DNA of 31,533 nt from Deinococcaceae bacterium (GTDB lineage: Bacteria > Deinococcota > Deinococci > Deinococcales > Trueperaceae), in NCBI GenBank assembly GCA_040256005.1, contig JBDZWC010000015.1:2950-34482 (forward strand). Reading direction: 5' to 3'. Under the pieces are notes generated by a model, which ran no database searches, was not told the origin of the DNA, and was given only the letters and a program-made list of their open reading frames with translations. A program made the position numbers and the translations under genes. Shown here one piece after another: positions 1 to 7,783 of the stretch. Positions within the stretch are counted from its first letter, which is position 1. Each line of letters begins with the position of its first letter.

Positions 1-2
1 GC

Positions 3-734
3 AACCGCAACCTCTACTGGCGCCTCAGCGTCATGGAGAACCTGGTGTACTTCGCAGGCAACCGCGGCCGGTCCCGTGCCTCGGTGAAGCGCCGGGCTGA
101 GGAGCTGCTGGAACGGTTCGGCCTCGAGGCCAAGTCGGGCGAGATCGTCGCGAAGCTCTCCAGGGGCATGCAGCAGAAGCTGGCCATCGCCACCTGCCTG
201 CTGGCCGACACCGAGGTCGTCGTGCTCGACGAGCCCACCCTTGGCCTGGACGTGGAGACCGGGTTCGAGGTCAGGGCGCTGCTCAAGGAGATCGCCGCCG
301 AGGGCAGGACCGTCGTGCTCAGCTCTCATGACATGCCCGTCGTCGAGGACCTCTGCCGCCGAGTCGTCGTCGTTTCGGGCGGCAAGGTCGTCACCGACGC
401 TCGCGTGGCCGACCTCCTGAGGCTGTTCCAGTCGCGCGCTTTCATGGTCACCCTCGCCGCGCCGCTGGCGCCCGACGAGCGCGCTCGCCTCGAGCGGTCG
501 TTCACGGTCAGCGCCGCGGAGGACGCCACCTTCGAGGTGGAGCTCGACCGCTCGGGCGAGCTGTTCAGGCTCATGGACTTCCTCAGGGACGCCGGCGTGG
601 AGGTCGAGTCGATCGAGCGCACGACGGTGCGCTTCGAGCAGGTGTTCAGGCGACTGGTCAAGGACGGTGGGGTGCCCAAGCAGCCCCCCTCTGCCGCCGC
701 AGGTGTTCTCAAGGGGGCCAACGTTGCTGTCTAG
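3..734 (+). CDS. ABC transporter ATP-binding protein (5'-truncated by window edge)
   Basis: The frame is open from the window start (NRNLYWRLSVMENL). It has the ABC signature LSRGMQQK, Walker B VVVLDEPTLGLD and H-loop SSHD. Walker A lies upstream of the window. Confidence 0.93.
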   Translation, partial: NRNLYWRLSVMENLVYFAGNRGRSRASVKRRAEELLERFGLEAKSGEIVAKLSRGMQQKLAIATCLLADTEVVVLDEPTLGLDVETGFEVRALLKEIAAEGRTVVLSSHDMPVVEDLCRRVVVVSGGKVVTDARVADLLRLFQSRAFMVTLAAPLAPDERARLERSFTVSAAEDATFEVELDRSGELFRLMDFLRDAGVEVESIERTTVRFEQVFRRLVKDGGVPKQPPSAAAGVLKGANVAV

Positions 735-1506
735 CGGCTACCATCACGCCTTCAGGGCGAACCTCGTCAAGAACGTCATCGAGCTGAGGCGCTACCTGCC
801 CAACACGCTCAGCATGATCGTCACGTTCTACGCGATCTTCGTCTTCCTGCTGCTGGGCGTGCGGCTCATCGGCGACCCAGCCAACGCCGATGCCAACGTG
901 CGCAACCTGCTGGTCGCGAACGGCTTCTGGTTCCTGCTGATGCTGGGCGTCAACTCGATGGGATGGGAGCTCACGAACGAAGCCCTGCGCGGGACGCTCG
1001 AGCAGCTCTACCTGGGTACGGTGCCAACGTGGCTGATCCTGTTGTTCAGGATGATCGCCACCCTGCTGATCCAGCTCGCGATCCTCGTCGTGCTGATGTT
1101 CCTGAGCATGCTGACGGCGCGGACGTGGCTGACGGTCGACGTGGGAGCGCTGGCGGCCATCCTGCCCCCCACCTTCCTCGGCGTCATGGGACTGGCGTAC
1201 CTGGTGGCAGGCATAACGATCGTCTTCAAACAGGTGAACTCCGTGCTGCAACTCATGCAGTTCGTGCTCATGGCGTTCGCGTACGTCCCCCTGGCCACGG
1301 TCCCCCTGCTGGAGCTGGCGCCCACGGCCAAAGGCATCGACATGGTCAGGTCCGTCATGGCCGAGGGCCTGCCGCTCTCGTCGTTCACGTCGGCCGACTG
1401 GCTCTCGGTGTGGGTGTCGGGCGTCGCCTACTTCGCGCTGGGCCTGCTCGCGTTCAAGCTCTTCGAGCGGCGCGCCATGCGCAGAGGACTGCTCGGACAC
1501 TACTGA
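724..1506 (+). CDS. ABC-2 type transporter permease
   Basis: About 260 aa with roughly 6 hydrophobic segments and an E..RGTLEQL motif typical of ABC-2 permeases. TTG start at 724 follows AAGGGGG and overlaps the ATPase 3' end. Confidence 0.88.
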   Translation: MLSSGYHHAFRANLVKNVIELRRYLPNTLSMIVTFYAIFVFLLLGVRLIGDPANADANVRNLLVANGFWFLLMLGVNSMGWELTNEALRGTLEQLYLGTVPTWLILLFRMIATLLIQLAILVVLMFLSMLTARTWLTVDVGALAAILPPTFLGVMGLAYLVAGITIVFKQVNSVLQLMQFVLMAFAYVPLATVPLLELAPTAKGIDMVRSVMAEGLPLSSFTSADWLSVWVSGVAYFALGLLAFKLFERRAMRRGLLGHY

Positions 1507-1537
1507 GCGGAAGCCGGGCAGGTCCCAACGGACGCGT

Positions 1538-2398
1538 TCAGCCGGTAGCGAGGAGCACGACCCCGGCCACCATGCCCACCGCGCCCAGCAGGCGCCGGCC
1601 CGAGAAGCCCTCGCGGAGCAGCACGGCACCGAACACCGACCCCACCAGGATGCTCAACTCGCGGGCGGGCGCCACCAGGCTCACGGGCGTGAACGTCATC
1701 GCGCTCAGCACCATCAGGTAGGCGAGCGGGCTCAGCGCCGCCACCCCGATGACCTCCCAGCGGTGCTCGCGCCAGGCGGTCCGCGTCTCGCTGGGCTGCA
1801 CGCGCGCCAGCATCAGGGGGGCCAGCAGCACCAGCCTGCCCACCTCGCCGAGGTAGTTGTACAGGAGCGGCTGCGCACCCAAGGTCCTCACCGCGTAACC
1901 GTCCCAGACGGTGTAGACGCCGATGAACGCGCCGGTGGCCAGGCCGAACAGTACCGCCTTCGTGGCGCCAGCCCCGGCGCGCCCGGAGGAGGTCAGCACC
2001 AGCACGCTGAGGACGATGAGCGCGGCTCCTGCCAGGGCGACCCCCGACGGACGCTCTCCCAGCAGCGCGATCGCCAGCACCGTGGCCAGCGCCGGGCCCG
2101 AGCCCCGCGCCAGAGGGTAGACGAGCGACATGTCACCGGCCCGGTAGCCGGCCTGCAGGCACAGGAAGTAGCCGACGTGGATCGCGGAGGAGACCAGGGC
2201 GGCCCCTGCTTGCGCCACGGTCAGCGTCGGGTGGGCGAGCCAGACGTAGACGGCCGCGACCGGTGCGTATAGCGCGGCCGTGAGAACCGTCAACAACCAG
2301 AGGAACGCCAGCCCACCCCGGGAGCGCTTGGCCAACAGGTTCCACGTCGCGTGGACCAGGGCCGACCCGAGGACGAGGGCGAGGGCCGCGGCGGTCAA
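1538..2398 (-). CDS. EamA/DMT family transporter
   Basis: 286 aa, about 10 TM segments in two repeats; HATWNLLAK, GDMSLVYPLARG and VAPARELS motifs. Confidence 0.9.
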   Translation of the reverse strand: MTAAALALVLGSALVHATWNLLAKRSRGGLAFLWLLTVLTAALYAPVAAVYVWLAHPTLTVAQAGAALVSSAIHVGYFLCLQAGYRAGDMSLVYPLARGSGPALATVLAIALLGERPSGVALAGAALIVLSVLVLTSSGRAGAGATKAVLFGLATGAFIGVYTVWDGYAVRTLGAQPLLYNYLGEVGRLVLLAPLMLARVQPSETRTAWREHRWEVIGVAALSPLAYLMVLSAMTFTPVSLVAPARELSILVGSVFGAVLLREGFSGRRLLGAVGMVAGVVLLATG

Positions 2399-2409
2399 GC
2401 GGCCCTAGA

Positions 2410-3366
2410 TCAGTCGTTCACGTACGTCAGCCAGTGCTGGAACTCGGGCACCTTGCCGGCCGTCACGTCGAGGTACGTCTTCCGCATGGCCAGCGAGAAC
2501 TCGCCGGCCACGCCGGCGCCGATGGGCCGGCGGTCGATCGACGCGATGGGCGTGACCTCGGCAGCCGTGCCGACCATGAACACCTCGTCCGCGATGTACA
2601 GCTCGTCCCGCGTCGCCATGGTGGGCACGACCTTGGTGCCCTGGTGCTCGGCGATCTTGACCACCGAGTCGCGGGTGATCCCCCGCAGGTTGACGGAGTG
2701 GGCGATGGGGTACAGCACGCCGTCCTTAACGAAGAAGACGTTCTCGCCCGAGCCCTCGGCGACGAAGCCGCTGTGGTCGAGGAGGAGCGCCTCGTCGAAC
2801 CCGAGGTCGCGCGCCTCCTGGTTCGCCAGTACGGAGTTCACGTAGTTGCCGCCGGCCTTCGACTTGGTCGGCATGATGTCAGGCGCCGAGCGCCGCCAGG
2901 AGCTGGTCATCAGGTTCGCTCCCTTGCGGACGGCGTCCTCACCCAGGTAGACGCCCCACGGCAGCGTGGCCACCATGAAGTGGAGTCGGTTGCGGCCGGG
3001 GTTCACGCCCAGCGACTCGGCGCCGTACCAGATGAGCGGCCTGATGTAGCACGAGGGCATCCCGTTCGCCCTGACGGTCTCGACGATCGCCTCGTCGATG
3101 TCATCGACGGTCCACTCCGGACGCATGCCGATGATCTTCGCGGAGTCGAGGAGGCGCTGGGAGTGCTCGTGAAGGCGGAAGATCGCCGGGCCGCGCTCCG
3201 TGGCGTAGGCCCTGATGCCCTCGAAGACGCTCGTGCCGTAGTGGAGCGCGTGCGTGAGCACGCTGACCTTCGCCTCGGCCGCAGGCACGAGCTCGCCGTC
3301 GAAGTAGATGCGGCCGGCCTCCACCGCCGGCGTGCTCGGCGGAGCGGACTTCTGCTGGACTGTCAT
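2410..3366 (-). CDS. ilvE: branched-chain amino acid aminotransferase (fold type IV PLP)
   Basis: HALHYGTSVFEGIRAY, K in KAGGNYVNS, EGSGENVFF, GITR and GTAAEVTP motifs. ATG at 3366 follows AGGAGG. Confidence 0.95.
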   Translation of the reverse strand: MTVQQKSAPPSTPAVEAGRIYFDGELVPAAEAKVSVLTHALHYGTSVFEGIRAYATERGPAIFRLHEHSQRLLDSAKIIGMRPEWTVDDIDEAIVETVRANGMPSCYIRPLIWYGAESLGVNPGRNRLHFMVATLPWGVYLGEDAVRKGANLMTSSWRRSAPDIMPTKSKAGGNYVNSVLANQEARDLGFDEALLLDHSGFVAEGSGENVFFVKDGVLYPIAHSVNLRGITRDSVVKIAEHQGTKVVPTMATRDELYIADEVFMVGTAAEVTPIASIDRRPIGAGVAGEFSLAMRKTYLDVTAGKVPEFQHWLTYVND

Positions 3367-3474
3367 GCTCGTCCTCCTGTCGTACCTCGTAAGCATGCCA
3401 CGCCGGGGTGGGTACTTTCAGGCGACAGGCGCACCAAGGGCCCAGCGCTCCGTCGCGGGGTACGCTTCCACAGC

Positions 3475-4455
3475 GTGAGAGTCCTCGTCACCGGCGGCGC
3501 CGGCTACATCGGCAGCGTCACGGCCCAGGCCCTCTTGGACGCCGGTCACGCGGTCGTCGTCGTCGACGACCTGTCGACCGGCCACGCCGCCGCCGTGCCG
3601 GATGGGGCGCGCCTCGTCGCCCACGACCTCGCCGACCCGCTGTTCATGACCGACCTGCTGCGCGCGGAGAACGTGGACGCGGTGGTGCACTTCGCCGCGC
3701 TGTCACTGGTGGGCGAGTCCATGCGCGAGCCGCTGCGCTACTACCGCCACAACGTGGGCGGTGCCATCGCCCTGCTGGAAGCATGCGTGTCCGCGGGCGT
3801 GGAGCGCTTCGTGCTGTCGTCGACCGCAGCCGTCTACGGTCATCCGAAGGCGGTCCCCATCGCGGAGTCGGCCGCGCCGGCCCCGGAGAGCGTGTACGGC
3901 GAGACCAAGCTGGCGATCGAGCGCCTGCTCCACTGGCTGTCCGCCACGAAGGGCCTCGGCTACGCGGCGCTGCGCTACTTCAACGCCGCCGGCGCCGTGC
4001 CGGGCCGCGGCGAGGACCACGACCCGGAGACGCATCTGATCCCACTGGTGCTGCAGGCCGCCTTGGGACGGCGCCGCGCGGTGAGGCTCTTCGGCACCGA
4101 CTACCCCACCCCGGACGGTACGGCCATCCGCGACTACGTGCACGTGGCGGACCTCGCCGACGCTCACGTGCTGGCTCTCGAGGCCGTGCGGCCCGGCTCG
4201 GGCGCCGCCTTCAACCTCGGCAGCGGCGAGGGTTTCTCCGTCAGGCAGGTGATCGACGTGTGCCGCGTGGTGACGGGCGTGGACTTCGAGGTGGAGGAGA
4301 CCGCCAGGCGCGCCGGAGACCCGCCCGTGCTGGTGGCGGACGCGGGGAAGGCCGCTGCCCAGCTGGGCTGGAGGCCGCGCAGAACGGACCTGACCGAGAT
4401 CGTGGGGTCCGCCTGGGAGTGGCACAGCACCCACCCGGAAGGCTACGGCGCGTGA
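3475..4455 (+). CDS. galE: UDP-glucose 4-epimerase
   Basis: VLVTGGAGYIGS, HFAA, SSTAAVYG, YGETK, LRYFNAAGA, RDYVHV. GTG start at 3475; the ORF-track start at 2434 is a spurious extension. Confidence 0.95.
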   Translation: MRVLVTGGAGYIGSVTAQALLDAGHAVVVVDDLSTGHAAAVPDGARLVAHDLADPLFMTDLLRAENVDAVVHFAALSLVGESMREPLRYYRHNVGGAIALLEACVSAGVERFVLSSTAAVYGHPKAVPIAESAAPAPESVYGETKLAIERLLHWLSATKGLGYAALRYFNAAGAVPGRGEDHDPETHLIPLVLQAALGRRRAVRLFGTDYPTPDGTAIRDYVHVADLADAHVLALEAVRPGSGAAFNLGSGEGFSVRQVIDVCRVVTGVDFEVEETARRAGDPPVLVADAGKAAAQLGWRPRRTDLTEIVGSAWEWHSTHPEGYGA

Positions 4456-4648
4456 AGGTGCTCGTCGCGCGGGTGAGGAGCGCACATGCTCGGCTCACGA
4501 CCCGTCTGCTAGCATCGCTCGGAGCCGCTCACGCTGACCAGGCGGGCGCCAGCGCACCGCGAGGCCGGAGTAGGTGAAGGTTCCCTTAGGAGCGCGAATA
4601 TCGTACAGGAAAGGGCTCGTGATACCCTTGCCTGACTTGGAGACTGCC

Positions 4649-5236
4649 ATGAGACGAGTCTTGCTAGCCGTGGCGCTGGCCTTCGCCGGTGCCGCTGCTG
4701 CCCAGTCGACAGCCCCCCTCTCAGGCATCGTGATGAGCGAAGAGCCGCTCGCCGAAGGCACGCGCGTGGCGATCCACGTGGTGGACGCCGACAACGTCTG
4801 GGGCCTCGAGGTCGCCAGCGTCGAGCCGGTCGGCGGCACCTTCACGGTGACCCCCGAAGAGGTTCCCGCTGCTGAGATGCGTCCCTTCAGGAGCGGTGGG
4901 ATCATCCTCCCTGGCCTGCAGAACGAGTACCGCGTGTCGCCGGAGGGCGTGAACGTCGCCGTGGGCCGCTTCAACATGTACCTGGACGAGAACGACAACG
5001 GCGTCTTCGACCGCGTGCAGGACAAGTGGTTCATCGGCGTAGCCCAGCTCGAGGACCCCGTCGGCTTCTTCACCCTCCTGTACGTGGACCAGGCCGCCAC
5101 GCTCAGCGGCAGCGGGGTGGAGCTGCAGCTCGAGCCCGGCTGGAACGTGTTCACCGTCAGGTTCCCTCAGGAACGCGCCGAGTACGCCATCGTCAGAAGC
5201 GTCGAAGACATCGTGCTCGACGTGATCCTGCCCTAG
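4649..5236 (+). CDS. secreted hypothetical protein with a possible Ca-binding DxNDNG loop
   Basis: ATG 4649 follows GGAG. Signal peptide MRRVLLAVALAFAGAAAAQ, a YLDENDNGVFD motif and a C-terminal LEPGWN motif. Codon usage matches its neighbours. Confidence 0.75.
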   Translation: MRRVLLAVALAFAGAAAAQSTAPLSGIVMSEEPLAEGTRVAIHVVDADNVWGLEVASVEPVGGTFTVTPEEVPAAEMRPFRSGGIILPGLQNEYRVSPEGVNVAVGRFNMYLDENDNGVFDRVQDKWFIGVAQLEDPVGFFTLLYVDQAATLSGSGVELQLEPGWNVFTVRFPQERAEYAIVRSVEDIVLDVILP

Positions 5237-5245
5237 GGCACCCGG

Positions 5246-5725
5246 ATGCCGAAGTTCGTCGGAGAGGTGACGGGCGCTGCCACGCGCTTCGCCGTCGTCG
5301 TCTCGCGCTTCAACTCACTGGTCACCGAGCGCCTGCTGTCGGGTGCACTGGACGCTTTCGCCCGCCACGGGGTACTAGAGGACGCCGTGGACGTCGCCTG
5401 GGTCCCGGGCGCCGTGGAGATCCCGGTCGTGGCTCAGCGACTCGCCGCCACGGGCACCTACGGCGCCGTGGTAGCGCTCGGAGCGGTGGTCAGGGGTGAG
5501 ACCTCCCACTACGACCACGTCTGCCAGGCGGTGACCAGCGGCGTCACCAGGGCGGCCCTCGATACCGGGGTGCCCGTGATCTTCGGCGTATTGACCACGG
5601 ACACCATGGAGCAGGCCCTCGACCGCGTGGGCGGCAAGGCCGGCCACAAGGGCGCCGAGGCCGCCGTGGCGGCCCTGGAGATGGCCAGCCTGATGGGGAA
5701 GCTGGGCGGTCAGGCTCCCAACTGA
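5246..5725 (+). CDS. ribH: 6,7-dimethyl-8-ribityllumazine synthase
   Basis: SRFN, VPGAVEIP, LGAVVRGETSHYD, PVIFGVLT and G.KG.EAA motifs. Confidence 0.96.
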   Translation: MPKFVGEVTGAATRFAVVVSRFNSLVTERLLSGALDAFARHGVLEDAVDVAWVPGAVEIPVVAQRLAATGTYGAVVALGAVVRGETSHYDHVCQAVTSGVTRAALDTGVPVIFGVLTTDTMEQALDRVGGKAGHKGAEAAVAALEMASLMGKLGGQAPN

Positions 5726-7056
5726 GCCCTGGTGGGCCAGCCGTTGGCCGCCGCGTAGCGCCGCAGCAGGTCCTCGGCACCCTCGCGGTCGCGCACGTCC
5801 CCCACAGCCCGCGCCTCCGCCACCAGCCTCAGGGCCTCCCCGACGAGCGGACCCTCGTCCAGACCCAGCAGGTCCATCACGTCCTCCCCCGTGAGCAGCG
5901 GAGCCGGGGGCGGTTCCTCGTCCAGCACGGCGAGCACGCGGCTCACGGCGAGCCGGTAACGCGTGCGGCCGGCCGGGCCGGCGGCCCTACCGCGCGCGGC
6001 CTCGCGATCGGCGATCATCAGGCGCAGTAGGTCCGGCAACAGGTCGCCGTAGCGGTGCGCGAAGCGCCTGGCAGCGCGGTCGTCCTGTGGCAGCGGCAAC
6101 ATATGGCGCCGCACCAGCGCGCTGGCGGTCTTGACGGTGTGGGCGTCGAACCGTAAGCGCCGAAGCGCCCGCGCCGTCAGCTCCGCCCCCACGGCGTCGT
6201 GCCCGTGGAAGGTGGGTCGTCCGAACGGGCCACGCGCCAACGTGGCGGCCTTGCCGACGTCATGTAGCAGCGTCGCGAGCCTGAGCGCCGCGCCGCTGTC
6301 CGGGAAGGTCTCCACCAGCACCCGGAGGGCCTCGACCGAGTGATCGAAGACGTCGAGGTGATGCAGCGGGCCCTGGTTCACTCCCACGCAGGCGGCCAGC
6401 TCGGGCAGGAAGGTCTCGAGCAACCCCAGGTCCCGGGCGAGCGCGAGCGCCGCGGCCGGCCGGTCGAAGAGGAGGCGTGCCAGCTCGTCCCGCACGCGCT
6501 CTGGCGCGGGCAGCCGCGCGCTGCCGGCGCGTTGCTCGGCGGCCACCTCGCGCACGACCGTCGCGGTATCCGGGTCCAGCCGGAAGCCGAGACCGGCGGC
6601 GAACCTCACGGCGCGCAGGGGCCGGATCGGGTCCGCCCTGAACGCGGCCTCCGAGGTCATCGCCACCACCCGACCGCTCAGGTCGGCGGCGCCGCCGGTC
6701 GGGTCGAGCAGCTCGCCCTCCGACGTGAGGCCCATGGCGTTGATCGTGAGGTCGCGCCGCTTCAGGTCGTCATCCACCGTGCCTCTCAGCGGCACGAAGT
6801 CGTGTGTCCTACCGGCTGGGCCGCCGACGGCTCGCCAGTGCCCGCGTTCCTCGTCGAGCGGGAAGCAGGAGGCCCCCTCGGCGGCTGCGGCGGCCTCGCA
6901 CGCCGCCTGCGGGTCGCGCACGAGCCAGTCGAGGTCGGCAGCCTCGCGTCCCAGCAAGGCGTCGCGCACGGCACCGCCTACCAGGACGCCACCTTCGGGC
7001 CAGGGCGCGAACCGTTCGGGGGCGAGCCGCGGCGTTCGCGAGCGCAACCAAGGCAC
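5710..7056 (-). CDS. class II tRNA nucleotidyltransferase with HD domain (probably CC-adding)
   Basis: VGGAVRD..LG...DLD, DL.RRDLTINAM, DPIR.LRAVRF and HD motif LLHDVGK. Confidence 0.88.
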   Translation of the reverse strand: MPWLRSRTPRLAPERFAPWPEGGVLVGGAVRDALLGREAADLDWLVRDPQAACEAAAAAEGASCFPLDEERGHWRAVGGPAGRTHDFVPLRGTVDDDLKRRDLTINAMGLTSEGELLDPTGGAADLSGRVVAMTSEAAFRADPIRPLRAVRFAAGLGFRLDPDTATVVREVAAEQRAGSARLPAPERVRDELARLLFDRPAAALALARDLGLLETFLPELAACVGVNQGPLHHLDVFDHSVEALRVLVETFPDSGAALRLATLLHDVGKAATLARGPFGRPTFHGHDAVGAELTARALRRLRFDAHTVKTASALVRRHMLPLPQDDRAARRFAHRYGDLLPDLLRLMIADREAARGRAAGPAGRTRYRLAVSRVLAVLDEEPPPAPLLTGEDVMDLLGLDEGPLVGEALRLVAEARAVGDVRDREGAEDLLRRYAAANGWPTRAQLGA

Positions 7057-7062
7057 CCCTCG

Positions 7063-7068
7063 AGCCTA
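7063..7068 (-). promoter_or_regulatory. -10 box (TAGGCT) of leaderless nucleotidyltransferase gene
   Basis: TAGGCT-cgaggg-GTG, 6-nt spacer to the start codon. Confidence 0.65.
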
Positions 7069-7095
7069 CTAGTCGGGGTGGGCGATGATGATGCC

Positions 7096-7728
7096 GTGAC
7101 GAGGGGCCGCGCCGAGAGAGGCCCGCTGCGTGTGGGCCTCACGGGCAGCATCGGGTCGGGGAAGTCTACGGTGGCGCGTCTGCTGCGCCGACACGGAGCC
7201 GCGGTGGTGGACGCCGACGTGCTGGCGCGCGAGGCGACCGCAGATCCCGCCGTGCTGGAGCGGATCGCCGCGGAGCTCGGTGAGGGACTGGTCCTGACGG
7301 GACCGGACGGACCCGAACTGGACCGGGCGGCCACCGCCGCGCGCGTGTTCGGCGACGATGCCGCGCTGGAGAAGCTCAACGCCGTCATCCACCCCTGGGT
7401 GCGACGCCGGTCGGCCGAGATCACGCGCGTCCTTCAGGAGAGTCACGAGCCGCCCCCTGTGATCGTCTACGACGTGCCACTGCTGTACGAGAGCGGGCTG
7501 GAACGCGACTACGACGTCGTCGTGGTCGTCGATGCGCCGCTGGCGACCCGCCTCGAGCGACTGGCAGCTCGTTCCGGCCTGAGCCCGGCAGAGGTGGCGC
7601 GACGGGAGGCGGCCCAGCTACCGCCGGAAGAGAAGGCCGCCCGCGCCGACCATGTGCTGGTCAACGCGGGCGGTGAGGATGAGCTGGCTGCTCAGGTGGA
7701 CCGGTTGTGGTCCAGGCTCATCGGCTGA
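7096..7728 (+). CDS. coaE: dephospho-CoA kinase
   Basis: VGLTGSIGSGKSTV P-loop, DAD.LAR, HP.V, DVPLLYE and ADHVLVN. GTG start at 7096. Confidence 0.95.
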   Translation: MTRGRAERGPLRVGLTGSIGSGKSTVARLLRRHGAAVVDADVLAREATADPAVLERIAAELGEGLVLTGPDGPELDRAATAARVFGDDAALEKLNAVIHPWVRRRSAEITRVLQESHEPPPVIVYDVPLLYESGLERDYDVVVVVDAPLATRLERLAARSGLSPAEVARREAAQLPPEEKAARADHVLVNAGGEDELAAQVDRLWSRLIG

Positions 7729-7758
7729 CGCTCGAGCGCTCCAAGCGCCCCCTACCGG

Positions 7759-7781
7759 CCGGCCGGGATGACCCCGGTCGG
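7759..7781. terminator. GC hairpin between convergent coaE and the secreted protein gene
   Basis: CCGGCCGGG-atgac-CCCGGTCGG inverted repeat, no U-tract. Confidence 0.4.
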
Positions 7782-7783
7782 GC

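Noticed and set aside
2434..3474. N-terminal extensions of galE (from 2434), coaE (from 6340), the DUF3352-like gene (from 10042), SCO (from 19876) and ALDH (from 23808) as fusions
   Set aside because: The extensions overlap other real genes, and the true starts are marked by -10 boxes, SDs or domain boundaries.
4560..4600. FMN riboswitch upstream of the ribH unit (GGTGAAGGTTCCC)
   Set aside because: There is only a faint likeness to one FMN hairpin. The other conserved blocks (ACCGGCGG, AGTCYGGATG.GAGA) are missing.
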